NCBI RefSeq assembly: GCF_006345805.1
Contig: NC_043003.1
Location: forward strand, 104,842,001 to 104,906,000
Origin: Octopus sinensis
Lineage: Eukaryota
Direction: 5' to 3'
Length of the DNA: 64,000 bases
Part shown: piece after piece, positions 50,665 to 63,530 of the stretch
Position numbering within the stretch: position 1 is the stretch's first letter
Layout of the letters: each line of letters begins with the position of its first letter
Program-made: the position numbers and the translations under genes
Notes under the pieces: model-generated
Seen by the model: the letters and a program-made list of their open reading frames with translations, nothing else
Told to the model about the DNA's origin: nothing
Databases searched by the model: none

Positions 50665-51790
50665 CCACCAGATAAGGGATCAGGTGACCCTGTCAAAGGC
50701 TTTCTTCAAGTCAACAAAAGCCATGAACAGAGGTTTATCTTTGGCTAGGTATTTCTCCTGCAGTTGCCTTACCAGAAATATAACATCAGTGGTGCTTCTA
50801 CCTGGCACAAAACCAAACTGCATCTCATCTACACTAACTCTCTCCCTTATTAGTTGAGCTATGACTGTCTTCATAAGTTTCATTGCCTGATCCAACAATT
50901 TGATACCCCTGTAATTATTTCTATCTAAGGTATCACCTTAACCTTTGCAGCAGTTAACTATTGTACTACTACACCAGTCATCAGGTATGACTCCTTTGCA
51001 AACTATCTGATTTACAATACGGGTAACTAGACCATAACCCACACCATGAGATATTTTAAGCATCTCGGTGGTGATTCCTGATAGTCTGGGAGCTTTTCCT
51101 GTCTTCATACCCATAATTGCTTTATCTACTAGGGTACTATTGATTTGGGTAGCTGATCCCTAAATAAGGCCAGCATTTGGCAGACTCTCCTCCTCCCATT
51201 CATTCTCCACATTCAGAAGTCTTTCATAATGGCATTTTCAAGCCTCTTTCTTCACAGAATCATTAAATGCAAGTGCACCATCATCCATGCAGACACATTT
51301 CTCTCCTATGACATCACAATTTTCTATCACACACTATTTTGCAATCAGAAATATTTCAGTTCTTTGGTCCTTGTGTCACTGAACCTAGGCAAACTTCTTT
51401 ACTACTTCTCCCTTGGCTAGGTATACTTGTCTCCTAGCTTCCCTCCTGGCCATCTGATACAGTTCCCTGCTACCCCTACGCTTCCAGGCCTGTTTCTTTG
51501 CTCAAACGGCCCTCTCTACAGTATTGTTCCTCCACCACATTACCCTAGGTCTGGAAGGGGCTTTGCACCAGCCACAGATTTGGTCTGTGGCACTCAGCAA
51601 GCTGTTCTGCAAGAATTCCCAGTTGCCCTCTATGTCACAAATCTGTCACTCCTCCTCCCTTCCATCAAATTTCTCAATTAAGATGTCCCTAAATCTCTGA
51701 CCGTATGAAGGGCCTTTAAGCTTCCAAATCCTTCTTTTCCAGATCGGTCTGCTTCTTGGCATCCTTCTGGCCTGGAGTCTAAAGTTACTA
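50665..51790 (-). mobile_element. RTE LINE linker and RT N-terminal relic
   Basis: MKTGKAP..NYRGIKLLDQAMK..MQFGFVPGRSTTD..AFVDLKKAFDRV. Confidence 0.85.
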
Positions 51791-53029
51791 ATGACTATTC
51801 TATGCTGGGGGGATGAATATATATATGTGTGTGTGTGTGTCTTTGTGTCTGTGTCCCCCCCCCCCGGGTATTTGAGGAGGGGGAACTTGTGTTAGAGGAT
51901 AAAAGGTTAGAGTGTGACAGAGAGGCAGAAATAGGTGTCTTACTATAATGGAGGGGGCATTGGATTGGTAATTTTGTGTTAGATGATGAAAGGTGCGAGT
52001 GTGACAGAGAAAGAGAGAGGCAGAAACAGGTGTCTTGCTATAGAGGAGGTACATGGTTACCCAGAGAGAGAGAGAGAAAAGAAAGCGAGGAAGATAGAGA
52101 TACAAGAAAGAGGCCAGAAGCAGGTGTACTAATCAAAAGGAGATACTTGGTTACCTGGTCAGAGGAAAAACAAAAGGGGAGAGTGATCAAGAATGAAGGC
52201 AGAAATGGGTGTGCTGCTGTAGAGGAGATACATGGCTACCCAGCCAGAGGGAAGAGCAAGGGAAAGAGAGAGAGAGAGAGAGAAGGGGTAAATAGCAAAA
52301 GTGCAGGAGAGAGCCGGTGAAGTTCCAGGGTATACTCAGAAGTAACAAGGATTAGCACATAGATGTGATGGTAGAGTAAGGAAAAGTGAGGTATAGAGGT
52401 CATGATATATGCAGTCAGCTGTTGCCTGGAAGACACAAGTAGGGAGTGGCGATTGCAGTGACTGGTGAAAACCTGAGTATAAAAATAGGGTGGGGAAAGC
52501 AGTGATACAAATAAGGACAGGGAAGGGGATTGGAAGAGAATCATAGTTTATGATGAGGAAATGTGAAGAAGAGAAAGATGCAGTTTAGAAGAGGGGATGT
52601 AGTTTGGTTTCTTGGGGTAGGGTGTGTGAAAAGTTTGTTGTTACATGTAGGTAGGACACAACACTTCTAGCACTCAATTTCGCTGATGTGGGTGGGTCTT
52701 CTCTAGAACCTCTTATCACCAAACATCTTGGTCCATTGTCATTTCCTTCATGAGACCCAACATCCTAAGATCAGTCTGCATCATGAAATATGATGTATAT
52801 ATATCTTTTATCTTTTACTTGTTTTAGTCATTAAACTGCAGCCATGCTGGAGCACTGCCTTAAAGAATTTTTAGTTGAAGGATCAACCCCAGTAGTCTTT
52901 ATTGGTCTCCTTTACTGAAACACCAAGTTACAGAGAAGTAAACACACCAACTGTCAAAGAGAAAGTAGTCTTCATATGTGGCAGATGTGCAGCTACATTA
53001 AATAGCAGTAATGTACAGAAAATAGACAA

Positions 53030-53670
53030 CCCATAAATGTCAGGTGGGATCCTTAGGAGTAGTAGACAGTTTCTGATATTTAGATGACCAACTTAACAGT
53101 GGTAGAGGTTGTTCTGAACGCATAACTGTTAGAATAAGAATGAGCTGGGCAAAGTTCAGAGAGCTACCACCACTGTTAGTAACAAAGGGCCTCTCACAGT
53201 GAAAGGCAGATTGTATGGTGCCTCTGTACGATCTGCTATGATACATGTCTGTAAGACATAGGCTGTGACCGCTGAAAGCATGTGAAGGTGTGAAAGAAAT
53301 GAAGCCAGTATGTTCTGCTGGATGGGTAATAATCAGTGTGCATATATGACAGAGTGTAAGTGACTTGAAAGAAAAAAACTGGGTATACAAAGTGTCAGAT
53401 GTAGTGTGTAAGAGAGAAGACTGTGCTGGTACGGCCATATAATGCATATGAATGAAGACAGTCACATAAAGAAGTGCCGATCTCTAATTGTAGAGGGAAC
53501 ACGTAGAAGGGCTAGACTTAGGAAGATGTGGATTGAAGTTGTGAGAAGGGATCTACAGATGTTAGGACTGACAGAGGGGATGACAGAGGACCAAGATTCC
53601 TGGTGGTTTGCTGTGCTTCAAGAGACGGGTCAAGCTAAGTAAAACCATGGCCATCCATGCATACAGGAAT
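53030..53670 (+). mobile_element. RTE ORF2 C-terminal relic
   Basis: GWAKFRELPPLL..RRLCWYGH..VEGTRRRARLRK. Confidence 0.75.
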
Positions 53671-53811
53671 GTCCTCTATATTCCTCTTTCAACCAAGACA
53701 TTCTAATGTTATGCACATACATATATGATGAAGAAAGTATATTTGTTTGTTTGCCTATTGATTACAGTCTTTTTGAAGAGACTACATTGTTTCTTTTGTT
53801 TTGTTTTTTAG

Positions 53812-53875
53812 GCAATATATTGAGGAGGAAAAGAAACTGTCTAAATTTCAATCTTGGAAAAAAGAAAGAAAACAG
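53812..53875 (+). CDS. TMC7: 64-nt internal exon of the TMC7-like gene
   Basis: Acceptor ttttgttttttag| and donor CAG|gtaact. Encodes (W)QYIEEEKKLSKFQSWKKERKQ; phase 2 in, phase 0 out. Confidence 0.8.
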
Positions 53876-53978
53876 GTAACTTTCTCTGTGATTTTAAATT
53901 ATTATACAGTTAAATTTCTTCATTTGCTAATACATGCTACTACTTTATTTCACATCACACTAGACTGATATTTCATAA

Positions 53979-54340
53979 TCTCTCCATATATAAACGGCAA
54001 AATGTCTGTGTGTGTGTCCTTTATACAAATCCACAATTTTTCAGTTAGAGGACTCGCATTTTCTATGGTCATTGAAAACTGTCCAAGGGTGGTCGTGCAC
54101 ATCTTTACATTTCCCCAGTCACCCTGCAAAGCCATTAAAAAATCAATAGAAGTGACTTTTTTGTGAATTTTCTATCCAAAACCCAATCAAAATGCCCAAA
54201 ACTTGCAACGCCAATTAAATGCCAGCTAGCTGTATGTGATTGGTCAGAGATTTGGACAGTACTCGCGTGTATGTGCGCACCTACGCATGCAGCTGTATAT
54301 GCATGCACTAGCACTAAGTCATATCAATATGTAAAACATA
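53979..54340 (+). mobile_element. Probable non-autonomous Helitron 5' part
   Basis: A|TCtctccatatataaacggc..tgtctgtgtgtg start; 3' end not found. Confidence 0.45.
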
Positions 54341-55284
54341 CTCTACTTTATACTGCAAGAGGTTGAACAGGTGCTTGGCTGATAACCTGCATTGCTTTAT
54401 AAAGGATAGGCTAGGTGTTTTGATTTTCATTTTACTAATGTATCAGAATCACTGATTATGTACATAAATAGCCATTATTTAATTAAATAGCCATTATTTA
54501 ACTGATTAATGAATAAAACATTTTCTAATGTTATTTGGTCACTCTTAGTATAGATTAATTAAATCAATTGAACCAATTTCTCTAGCATTGATGCTTCACA
54601 ATAGCTTTGTTGACATTATGCAACAATTAAATGGAATAGACTGTTAAGTAGATGTACGACAATATAATATAGTCAATAGCTTTCCTTTGTCATTTCATGA
54701 TGAAAGTCAAAGTGTATGAGATGTGTTTGATGCTGTGTAATAGCAAAACTAATGATCACAGACGACTTGTGATGACCGAAGAGAAGCCAGCTATTTAGCT
54801 GCTGGAAAGTGCTGTGTCTATTAATAAAACATGCTGAGGATTAAAGGTTGAGAAAACAGCTTAAGGTTGAATGTATATGTGCCTCTGAGATGATGGTGCT
54901 ATATGGCCATGTAGTGTAAGTTGGGTGAAGTAAAAAAAACCTTATATAGACAGACATAGGGTTTGGAAAACTGGGAAGAAGTGATGATGTGGGATCTGAA
55001 AACACTAGGTCTTAGAGGATTGGAGAAACATTACACTGTTGTCCAGCCCATAAATAGCTGATGATGATGAATTAGTTTATGTAGCATCCATCTATGTTCT
55101 GGCACAACAAGGACTTTATATTCTTCTTTCCATAATCAGCAAATTAGTACCAGGAATTCATTGAGGTTGATTCCATTGTGCTAGGTAGAGAGGAACCTAA
55201 ACTAATTCTATAATTAAGTTATTAGGTTAATGACTTGGATTAGAAATTCAAATCTGTTTTGGAGCATTTATGGAGCATTTTGGA

Positions 55285-56081
55285 GCATTTCCTCTTGTGT
55301 GAAAAAGTGCCAATCCCTAACGGTTGAGGGAACCCGTGGAAGAGGTAGACCCAGGAAAACCTGGGACGAGGTGGTGAAGCATGACCTTTGAACTTTAGGC
55401 CTCACCGAGGCAATGACTAGTGACTGAGACATTAGGAAATATGCTATGCATGAGAAGACCTGGCAGGACAAGTGAGTCCATCCCGTGTCCCTTGCCAGGG
55501 ATGTAGCCAGCCCACTTATGCATGCCTTTCCTTCCCTAGACACACGAAGACCTGTTGAGACAGGCGAAGTCGAAATCGAACCTCATCCAACGACTGGTAT
55601 CTATGCCAACCTCCCTTCATTGGACACTAAACTCTGTTTGTGAAGACCTGTTGGGGCAAGTGAAATTGGAACCGAAATTGAACCAGTCCTATGACTGGCA
55701 CCCGGCAGTTGCCAGTGCCACTGGACTGACTCCTGTGCAGGTGGCAAGTAAAGAAACGCTGTTTCTACCCTGTGCTTGAGGAGATCTGTTGAGTCTAGTA
55801 CACCAACATCAAAAATCAATGGAAACTGTAGTTGTGATCCCTGTGCCGGTGGCATGTAAAAAGCACCATCCGAACGTAGCCGATGCCAGCCTTGCCTGGC
55901 ATGTAAAAAATACCCACTACACTTACGGAGTGGTTGGCGTTAGGAAGGGCATCCAGCTGTAGAAACACTGCCAGATCAGACTGGAGCCTGGTGCAGCCTT
56001 CTGGCTTCCCAGATCCCCGGTCGAACCGTCCAACCCATGCTAGCATGGAGAACGGACATTAAACGATGATGATGATGATGA
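55285..56081 (+). mobile_element. RTE LINE 3' end
   Basis: KKCQSLTVEGTRGRGRPRKTW, 3' UTR and (GAT)n tail. Confidence 0.85.
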
Positions 56082-57032
56082 TATTTGCATTGCCTCAATT
56101 TTTACTCTGGAGCATCTCAAGCTTCTCTGGGAAGCTGGCTGCACAAATATCCAGTTTATGAGGAGATTTACACCTCACCTTGTTCAATACTTGGAAGCTA
56201 AAAGTTAAGTGCCTACTCTGTGAATGACATAAAACAGAACTTACAGTGAAGATGGTACAGAGGAGAGATAAAGTGATGGACTGGATGCTAAGTTCAAATA
56301 TACTGAGTTCATAAAGGAACAATTTCAACAAGTATTTCTTTCATCTTAAAAACAGTCAAAATTACTTGCAAAGCAATCTGCTGAAATAAATGTATTTTTG
56401 TATTCAGTTTAATCCCTTATTAAATCTGATTAAAAGTTAATTTTTAGTCACTTATTATATATCATTTTTCTGGGATTAATTAAATAGGAATTTGTAATTT
56501 ACAGAAGTTGATGCAATCAATCTTCTTACAAACATTGACCTTGTATCTTTGTAATAAATAAAGGTCTTTGATCTGTGGCTATATAACTACTGGCAGAAGT
56601 GTTGAGTATGTGATGTATTATCTACAGTTCAAGTATAAAATATTTTGGTGCAGTGTATACATCACATACTCAATATCTGTGTGTTGTCTACCATTTTCCA
56701 GGTGTCTCATTGTAGTGTGTGGCTCACATTTCAAATGTCTGTGTTGTGTCATCTACTATATTATGTTGTCTTGTTGTAGTCTGGAGTTTGAATACCAGAT
56801 TTCTGGTGGAGCTTTTTACAATATTGATTCCACTTTAAAGATTTTAAATAAGACTGAAATGGATGGTGTAGGCTTTTTAACCATTGTTTAATTATGTTGT
56901 ATGCATAATTACCATTGTAATCATTCCAATCACAGGTCACTTTTTTTTAGGCATTATTTTACTGCCAGTTGCTTTTCCCAATATACCAACCTGTTTAGTT
57001 TATGTAGTGACTCTATTTTTGGAAGTTTTCAG

Positions 57033-57096
57033 TGTGCATGCGCAGAGTTGGATTACTTCCGGTAGGCCGCCGGAAGTTCCCTCATGCACATGCGCA
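57033..57096. promoter_or_regulatory. Promoter-like cluster: 2 NRF1-type and 2 inverted ETS/GABP motifs
   Basis: TGTGCATGCGCA 57033-44, ACTTCCGG 57055-62, CCGGAAGT 57070-77, TGCACATGCGCA 57085-96; locally CpG-rich and non-repetitive. Confidence 0.6.
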
Positions 57097-57109
57097 GGAA
57101 CTGTAAACT

Positions 57110-57232
57110 GAAAGCATTCCCACTAAATCTGTCCTTTTTGAATCAGCAACCCTACCGAGTGGACATGACCAACCTTCTCTCAGGGAAAACCCTACATATA
57201 GAGAAGCTCTCTTCTTAGCGGAAACGGAGATG
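57110..57232 (+). other. Candidate alternative first exon ending in ATG (start approximate)
   Basis: GAG-ATG|gtaatt at 57230-57238; phase 0, as required by exon 62702. Confidence 0.35.
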
Positions 57233-59334
57233 GTAATTTTGGCTCACACAAGTGGACTTTTGTGAACAGTCTTGTGGACTTGGCTACCGGTTCGCCCTTA
57301 AGGAAAATATGTGTATATATTTTTTATTTTGCAAAACCCGGAAAAATAAAGTATTATTTATTGCTATTGAAGAAGGTCGGATTTTGGTTCTCCCTTCGAC
57401 AATTTGTATGTGACAAGATAAGACAGACACCCCTCAAGTGTTCCTGAGACTTTCATCTTGTTACATTTACTTTTTGGGAAAAAGAGGGATACAATACTGG
57501 ATTCTGTGTGGCATTATTAGAGATAACTTGAAAGAACAGAAATGAAAATGATTTGTGTCTTCTACAATCTCATGATATTCCACACAACCACCAGTGAATT
57601 GCAGAGGTGATGGCAATGATGAATGATATTGTGAGGAGAGACAAGACGAAATGGCTGGATCATTTTAGTGAGGAAAGATGACAGTAACTGGATGACAAGA
57701 ATGATAGAAATGAATGTGGAAGGAGAGGAAAACCAAGAAATATATGGTTAGAAATAATGGGAGAAAGAAAGAGGGCAAAAGGGTTGTTGAGGATATGGCA
57801 AAACTGAAGAAGTCTGTCCTGAGGCCAACAAGAGTAATCTCTACTTTAGCAGGGAAGATAGCTTTAAATTCTTGTGTAGTGTCTGTAAGCCATTCATGTA
57901 TCTGTAATACTTAGTGGTGTTGAGTTATCAGATAGAATGCCTGGCAATATTAGTTCCAGCTCTCTGAACTGAGTCAAATTCTTGCTATGATCAACATGGC
58001 TTTTAATTTTTTAAGAGTTGATAATAATAAAGTATTTGTACTAGGCTTTATTCTTCTTTTGCTCTCTCTCTCTCTCTCTCTCTCTCTCAACATTTTTTCT
58101 CTCCGTCTTTCTCTCACTATCTTATCTCTTTGAATTTCTACCTCTTTCCCTTCCTCTCCTGTCTCTCAAATCAGCTATGAGAGACAGGAGCTATGAGAAG
58201 ACCTGGGAAAGGAAGGGTTCTGCTAGGTTTAAATGTTCTGGACATGTCATCTGTTTCAACAGTATACCCACATCTCCACCAGGAGCTGAGGACCCAAGGC
58301 AAAGCAGTACTAGTTGTAATTAACAATTCTGTCTAACCCATGTGAGCATGGAAAAGTGGATGTTAAAATTATGATGATGATACAATGAGAACATTCTCGA
58401 ATATAAATTAAAATTAGTTTCATTGCTGGCACAAGTCCTTATTCATTTTCAGAAATTTAATGCCAGTTAAGTAAAAAAAAATTCCTAAAGAAAGAAGAAT
58501 AGAGTCATTTCCTTTGTTTTTTTTTGTTTTTTTTTTTGATTTTTTAAATAATATTCCTGAGGTGCAAACAAACAGTGAGACTCCAAACAAGAATGTACCT
58601 ATTCATTCTGCTGTTGTATTTCATCATCAAAGAATATTTCTTCCCTTTAGAGAAGGTCGTGTTCATAACACTCAATAACATACCTTGTCTAAAAGGAAGA
58701 GATATACTTCAATGATGAAATACAACAGTGATCAGGATATTTGTATCTGAATCTGCTAGAATATATTAAGGATGGATAGCTATGTTATTGTATAGGTGAA
58801 ATAAGTGTTTATATCAATGTGTGTATGTGAGAGAGAGAAAGTGTGTGTGTTTGAGTGAGTGAACTTGTTCTTATGCATAAGTGGCACACACACTCTCTCT
58901 CTCTGTCACTTTCTCTCACTCACTCTCTCTCTGTCACTCTCTCTCTCTGTCACTTTCTCTCTCACTCTCTCTCTCTCTTTCTCTCTTTCACTCTCTCCCT
59001 CTCTCCCACACACACGTGCATCCATTTCATATACACATTCATACATCTTTAATTTTATACTCTCTTTCACTTTAAAACAAAAGTAAGAAGTGATTTTCAG
59101 GATAAAAATTGTTAAAAAAGAAAACTTCTACCCATGTAAATTGATTACTATTGTTTGGATAGTTCCAATTAGATAAGTCCAGAAATTAAGTTAAATATAT
59201 ACATACATGAATAAGTACTGTGAATTCCCATTCTACAAACTGGCAAACAATTCCATAAATACTTTACCAGGCAAGACTGGGTAGTAAGTCTAGTGTGTAT
59301 ATATATATTATATATATATATATATATACAGTCG

Positions 59335-59641
59335 GTTGGTGGCATGTAAAAAGCACCAACTGACCATGGCCGTTGCTAGCCTCCCCTGGCACCTATGCCG
59401 GTGGCACATAAAAAGCACCAACCATTTGTGGCCATTGCCAGCCTACCCTGGCACCTGTGTCAGTAGCATGTAAAAAGCACCCACTACACTCACGGAGTGG
59501 TTGGCGTTAGGAAGGGCATCCAACTGTAGAAACACTGCCAGATCAGACTAGAGCCTGGTGCAGCCTTCTGGCTTCTCAGACCCTGGTCGAGCTGTCCAAC
59601 CCATGCCAGCATGGAAAACGGACATTAAACGATGATGATGA
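59335..59641 (+). mobile_element. RTE LINE 3' end
   Basis: 3' UTR repeats and (GAT)n tail. Confidence 0.75.
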
Positions 59642-60619
59642 TATATATATATGTGTGTGTGTGTGCGCGCGTGCACGCACACACACACACACACACACTC
59701 ATGTATGTAACGGTAGTGTTACCTTAAAGGTGAAAATGATGTTGATGCTGACTTCGAAAAAGAAAGACAGTGGCTGAAGTTGTAGATAACATATTTATTT
59801 CTCCATTACATATAATTTAAGCCAAACCACAATGGGCAGGCTTATATAAAAAGAGTCAGAAAGCATATGAGGTAATGAGTTATATTTTCTTGTAAAAGGG
59901 TAGATAGCATTTGACTTCCATATTCCCATATTCCCTGTTGTTCTGTCAGCTGCAACTAAATAGATCAAGTGACGTTCAAATGAAAGTCAGTGATTGAGAA
60001 AGTAAGAGAGAGGTAGACAAGACAACTATATCACTGGTTGATTCCATAGCTGTCCTTCTATGATGTTCTGTTAAGACAGTATTTCGAGCTGGTCAGCCTG
60101 CTCTCACCCACTGCCTTTCCCTTACAAAATGCTGGTATTTATAATTGTGCAAACTAGCTAGGAAAATAAATACACCATTATGGCCCATAGCCAAATTATT
60201 GTAGGTCATTTGTTACCTATCTGAACTTTCCATGGCACACAAAAGCCATGAGTCAAGTGAAAATACATAGATCATCATTCCCTTTGACAGGACAATAGGC
60301 CGTATGGCTAGGGAGAATTTCTAGATTTAGTGTCAGGTCTCGAGCAGACAGGGCCAAACGAGGTCCTACATATATATACACACACATATATAGTGACTGA
60401 GACCTTTGGCAATATACTGTGATTGAGAAGACCTGTCAAACCAAGTGAGATTATAGTCGTGGCTGAGGCCAGTGTTTTGTAACTGGCATCGATGCCAGTG
60501 GCATGTAGAATGCACCCACTACGCTCTTGGAGTGGTTGGCATTAGGAAGGGCATCCAGCTGTAGACACCTTGTCAAATAAGAGTGAAACCCAGTGCAGTT
60601 CCCCAGCTTAACAGTTTTC

Positions 60620-61160
60620 AGTCTTCATCCTTTAACATCCATTGTCCATGCTGGCATGGTTGGATTGTTTGACCAGGGTTGGTAAGCTGAGGGGCTGCAC
60701 AAGACTTGAGTCTGATTTGGCATGGTTTCTATGGATGGATGCCCTTCCTAATGCCAACCACTCTGGGAATGTAATGTGTGTTTTTAAGTGCCACCAGCCA
60801 GTTATGTGACACTGACATTGGTCACATTTTCTCCGTGAGGCCCAGCACTTGAATGGTGCTTTTTACGTGCCACCAGCATGGATACCTGTTATGTGACATT
60901 GGTATTGGCCACATTGTCTCCATGAGGTCCAACACTCAAATGGTGCATTTTATGTGCCGCTGGCATTGGTGCCAGCTACGCAACACCAGCATTGGCTATG
61001 ATTACAATTTCACTTGGCTTGATGGGTCTTCTTAAGCATGGCTTATCACCAAAGGTTTCGGTCACTAGTCATGCCTCCACGAGGCCTAACTTTCAGAGAT
61101 CATGCTTCACCACCCCTTCTCATGTCTTCCTGGGTCTACCTCTGCCACAGGTTCCTTCCA
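60620..61160 (-). mobile_element. Older RTE 3' end
   Basis: Reverse-strand GRPRKT..VVKHDL and 3' UTR. Confidence 0.65.
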
Positions 61161-61516
61161 CAGTTAGTTTTATAGTTTTATAGTTTCACCTGTAGATGAA
61201 ACTGTAGTATCTTCATGTCATTTTTTTCTGAGCAAAATAGCACCAGCTGATTATAAGACCTCACTGAATGGTTCTTATTTCCTAGATGGATTTCCTAGAT
61301 GACTAGTTAGCACTATCTACTTTTGACTATATTGGATGACCTTGCACTCTCCTCAGTTTCTCAGCCTTTTAACAAATTTTGTTTTTCATCCACAGGGTGT
61401 CTAAAAATCACTCTTCTCACCAAGCAAGCTTGGTGGGTTTGCCAGTTTAGTCTGACCATACAACAGGTTGCACTAGGTTACTTGTTATCAGTAACACAAG
61501 AGTGACCTTATGTAAT

Positions 61517-61554
<38 letters not shown>

Positions 61555-61802
61555 ATATACATACATTAGTTTCCAATCTAGAACAAAATAACCTGAATCA
61601 AAACAACTTCCATGGCTATCCAGAAATCCTCTTCTTGTAATCATACATACAGGAAGTCTGTTATTGTTGCTTATAATATATATCCTTTCCAATGTATCCT
61701 GTGTGTATATTGATATACGATGTATCCTTCTCAATATATCCTTTGTATGTGTAGATATACAATGTATTCTTTCAAATGTAGTCTTTGTGTGCATATATAT
61801 AT

Positions 61803-62034
61803 ATTTCTTTATTACCCTCAAGGGGCTAAACACAGAGGGGACAAACAAGGACAGACAAATGGATTAAGTCGATTACATTGACCCCAGTGCGAAACTGGTA
61901 CTTAATTTATTGACCCCGAAAGGATGAAAGGCAAAGTCGACCTCGGCGGAATTTGAACTCAGAACATAACGGCAGATGGAATACGGTTACGCATTTCGCC
62001 CGGCGTGTTAACGTTTCTGCCAGCTCGCCGCCTT
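61803..62034 (-). mobile_element. Family B SINE
   Basis: Reverse complement of the aaggcggcgagctggcagaaacgtt head. Confidence 0.85.
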
Positions 62035-62460
62035 TTTTTAAAAAATATATTTATTTCTTTATTACCCACAAGGGGCTAGATATAGAGGGGACAAACAAGG
62101 ACAGACATAGGTATATAATACTTACAAATTGACTGTTGTAAGAGACTTCCTGGTCCAGGCTCAGCAGATGACCAAGGATTTGTGTAGAATGGCTGTGTCA
62201 TTAAGAGATTCACTTCCAACCTTGTAGTTTCAAGTTCAGTCCCCTCATATGATGAAATCAACAAGAGAATCCAGTAGATGTCTGTCTGTCCCCCACTCTC
62301 TCTCTCTCCCCATTTGTATATATATGTATATGTATGTGTGTATGTATATGCATGTATGTATATATAGTTCAAATTCATAGAAAACAAAAGACTAAGACGG
62401 ATGAAGAAACAACAAGCAGGTGTATCAGTTATATATATGTGTGCGTGTATATATATGTAT

Positions 62461-62532
<72 letters not shown>

Positions 62533-62701
62533 ATGAGCCAGAGGCTTCTTTCAGTTTCCATTGGCCTGAGATTATAGTAAGAGATGCTTACCCAAGATCC
62601 TGCTCAGTGGAACTGAACCTGAAGCGATATGTTCAGAATACATATTTACTATTTATTTTTCCTTTATTTTCTCTTTTTCCCGTCACGTCTGTTCAATCAA
62701 G

Positions 62702-62783
62702 AAATGGAATCACTTCAAAGCAGATGTACGAAACAGTATGAAGTCATGGGGCCTCTGGTCAAATTCTATTAAAGCCATCAAAG
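62702..62783 (+). CDS. TMC7: 82-nt internal exon of the TMC7-like gene (..LW..IK.I(E/K)G motif)
   Basis: Long polypyrimidine tract then caag|; donor AAG|gtaaca. Encodes KWNHFKADVRNSMKSWGLWSNSIKAIKG, with spacing matching the recalled TMC W..F......LW...I..IEG.FG motif. Confidence 0.85.
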
Positions 62784-62902
62784 GTAACACTTAAAATTCT
62801 TCAGAGACATTCCTCTAAATATGTTGTGTTTGTTCTTTGTCTTCTGTAAATTTGACACAAGAAAATGCCTCCTCCTCCGCATCGTCATCATCATCATTTA
62901 TT

Positions 62903-63060
62903 AAGGTGGTGAGCTGGCAGGATCGTTACTGTGCTGGACAAAATGCTTAGCATCATTTTGTCTGTCTCTATGGTTGGAGTTCAAATTCTGCCATGGTCAA
63001 CTTTGCCTTTCATCCTTTCAGGGTTAATAAAATATGCACCAGTTGTGCACTGGGATAGAC
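62903..63060 (+). mobile_element. Degenerate family B SINE
   Basis: aaggtggtgagctggcag head. Confidence 0.65.
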
Positions 63061-63391
63061 TTATCTATGAGTTGGCATATTTTGTCAATGTGGTTTTCTT
63101 CTACTTTGGCAGGCTTATGTTCCCACCAGTTCTTCTCATTTTTGAGTCCAAATTTATGGCATATAATTCAGTGCAAATACTGCCAAGCTTAAGGTGATTA
63201 ATATATTCATTTGAGGCTAGCATAGAGCATCCAGTGAAGAAAGGATGAAGTATTTCCCTGCCAGCACCACAAAAGCATCAAGCAGGATCAGCACCATTTT
63301 TAAGAATGCTTGCTTGATAGTTTCCAGTGGGCAGACACCGATCCTGAGCTGCTATAATGAAGCAGCCTTCTGTCCAGATGCTGCTAACCAT

Positions 63392-63530
63392 TCATCATCA
63401 TCATCATCATTGTTTAACGTCCGCTTTCCATGCTAGCATGGGTTGGATGGTTTGACTGTGGGCTGGCGAACCAGATGGCTGCTCCAGGCTTCAATCTTGG
63501 TCTGGCAGAGTTTCTACAGCTGGATGCCGA
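63392..63530 (-). mobile_element. RTE LINE 3' tail
   Basis: (CAT)n-tgtttaacgtccgctttccatgctagc. Confidence 0.7.

Noticed and set aside
56245-56380. Minus-strand exon-like segment (ttttcag/cag acceptor, ACT|gtaagt donor)
   Set aside because: No convincing reading frame, and it overlaps an apparent + strand CR1-like relic (56095-56300); splice signals may be chance.
59264-59294. Helitron-like 3' end paired with the 5' end at 53979 (implying capture of the promoter)
   Set aside because: No evidence that the two ends belong to one element; they are 5.3 kb apart with unrelated sequence between.
63110-63195. Possible next TMC exon (GLCSHQFFSFL..)
   Set aside because: Lacks the expected FG(T/S)..SYF motif and runs into a stop; the next exon is probably beyond the window.
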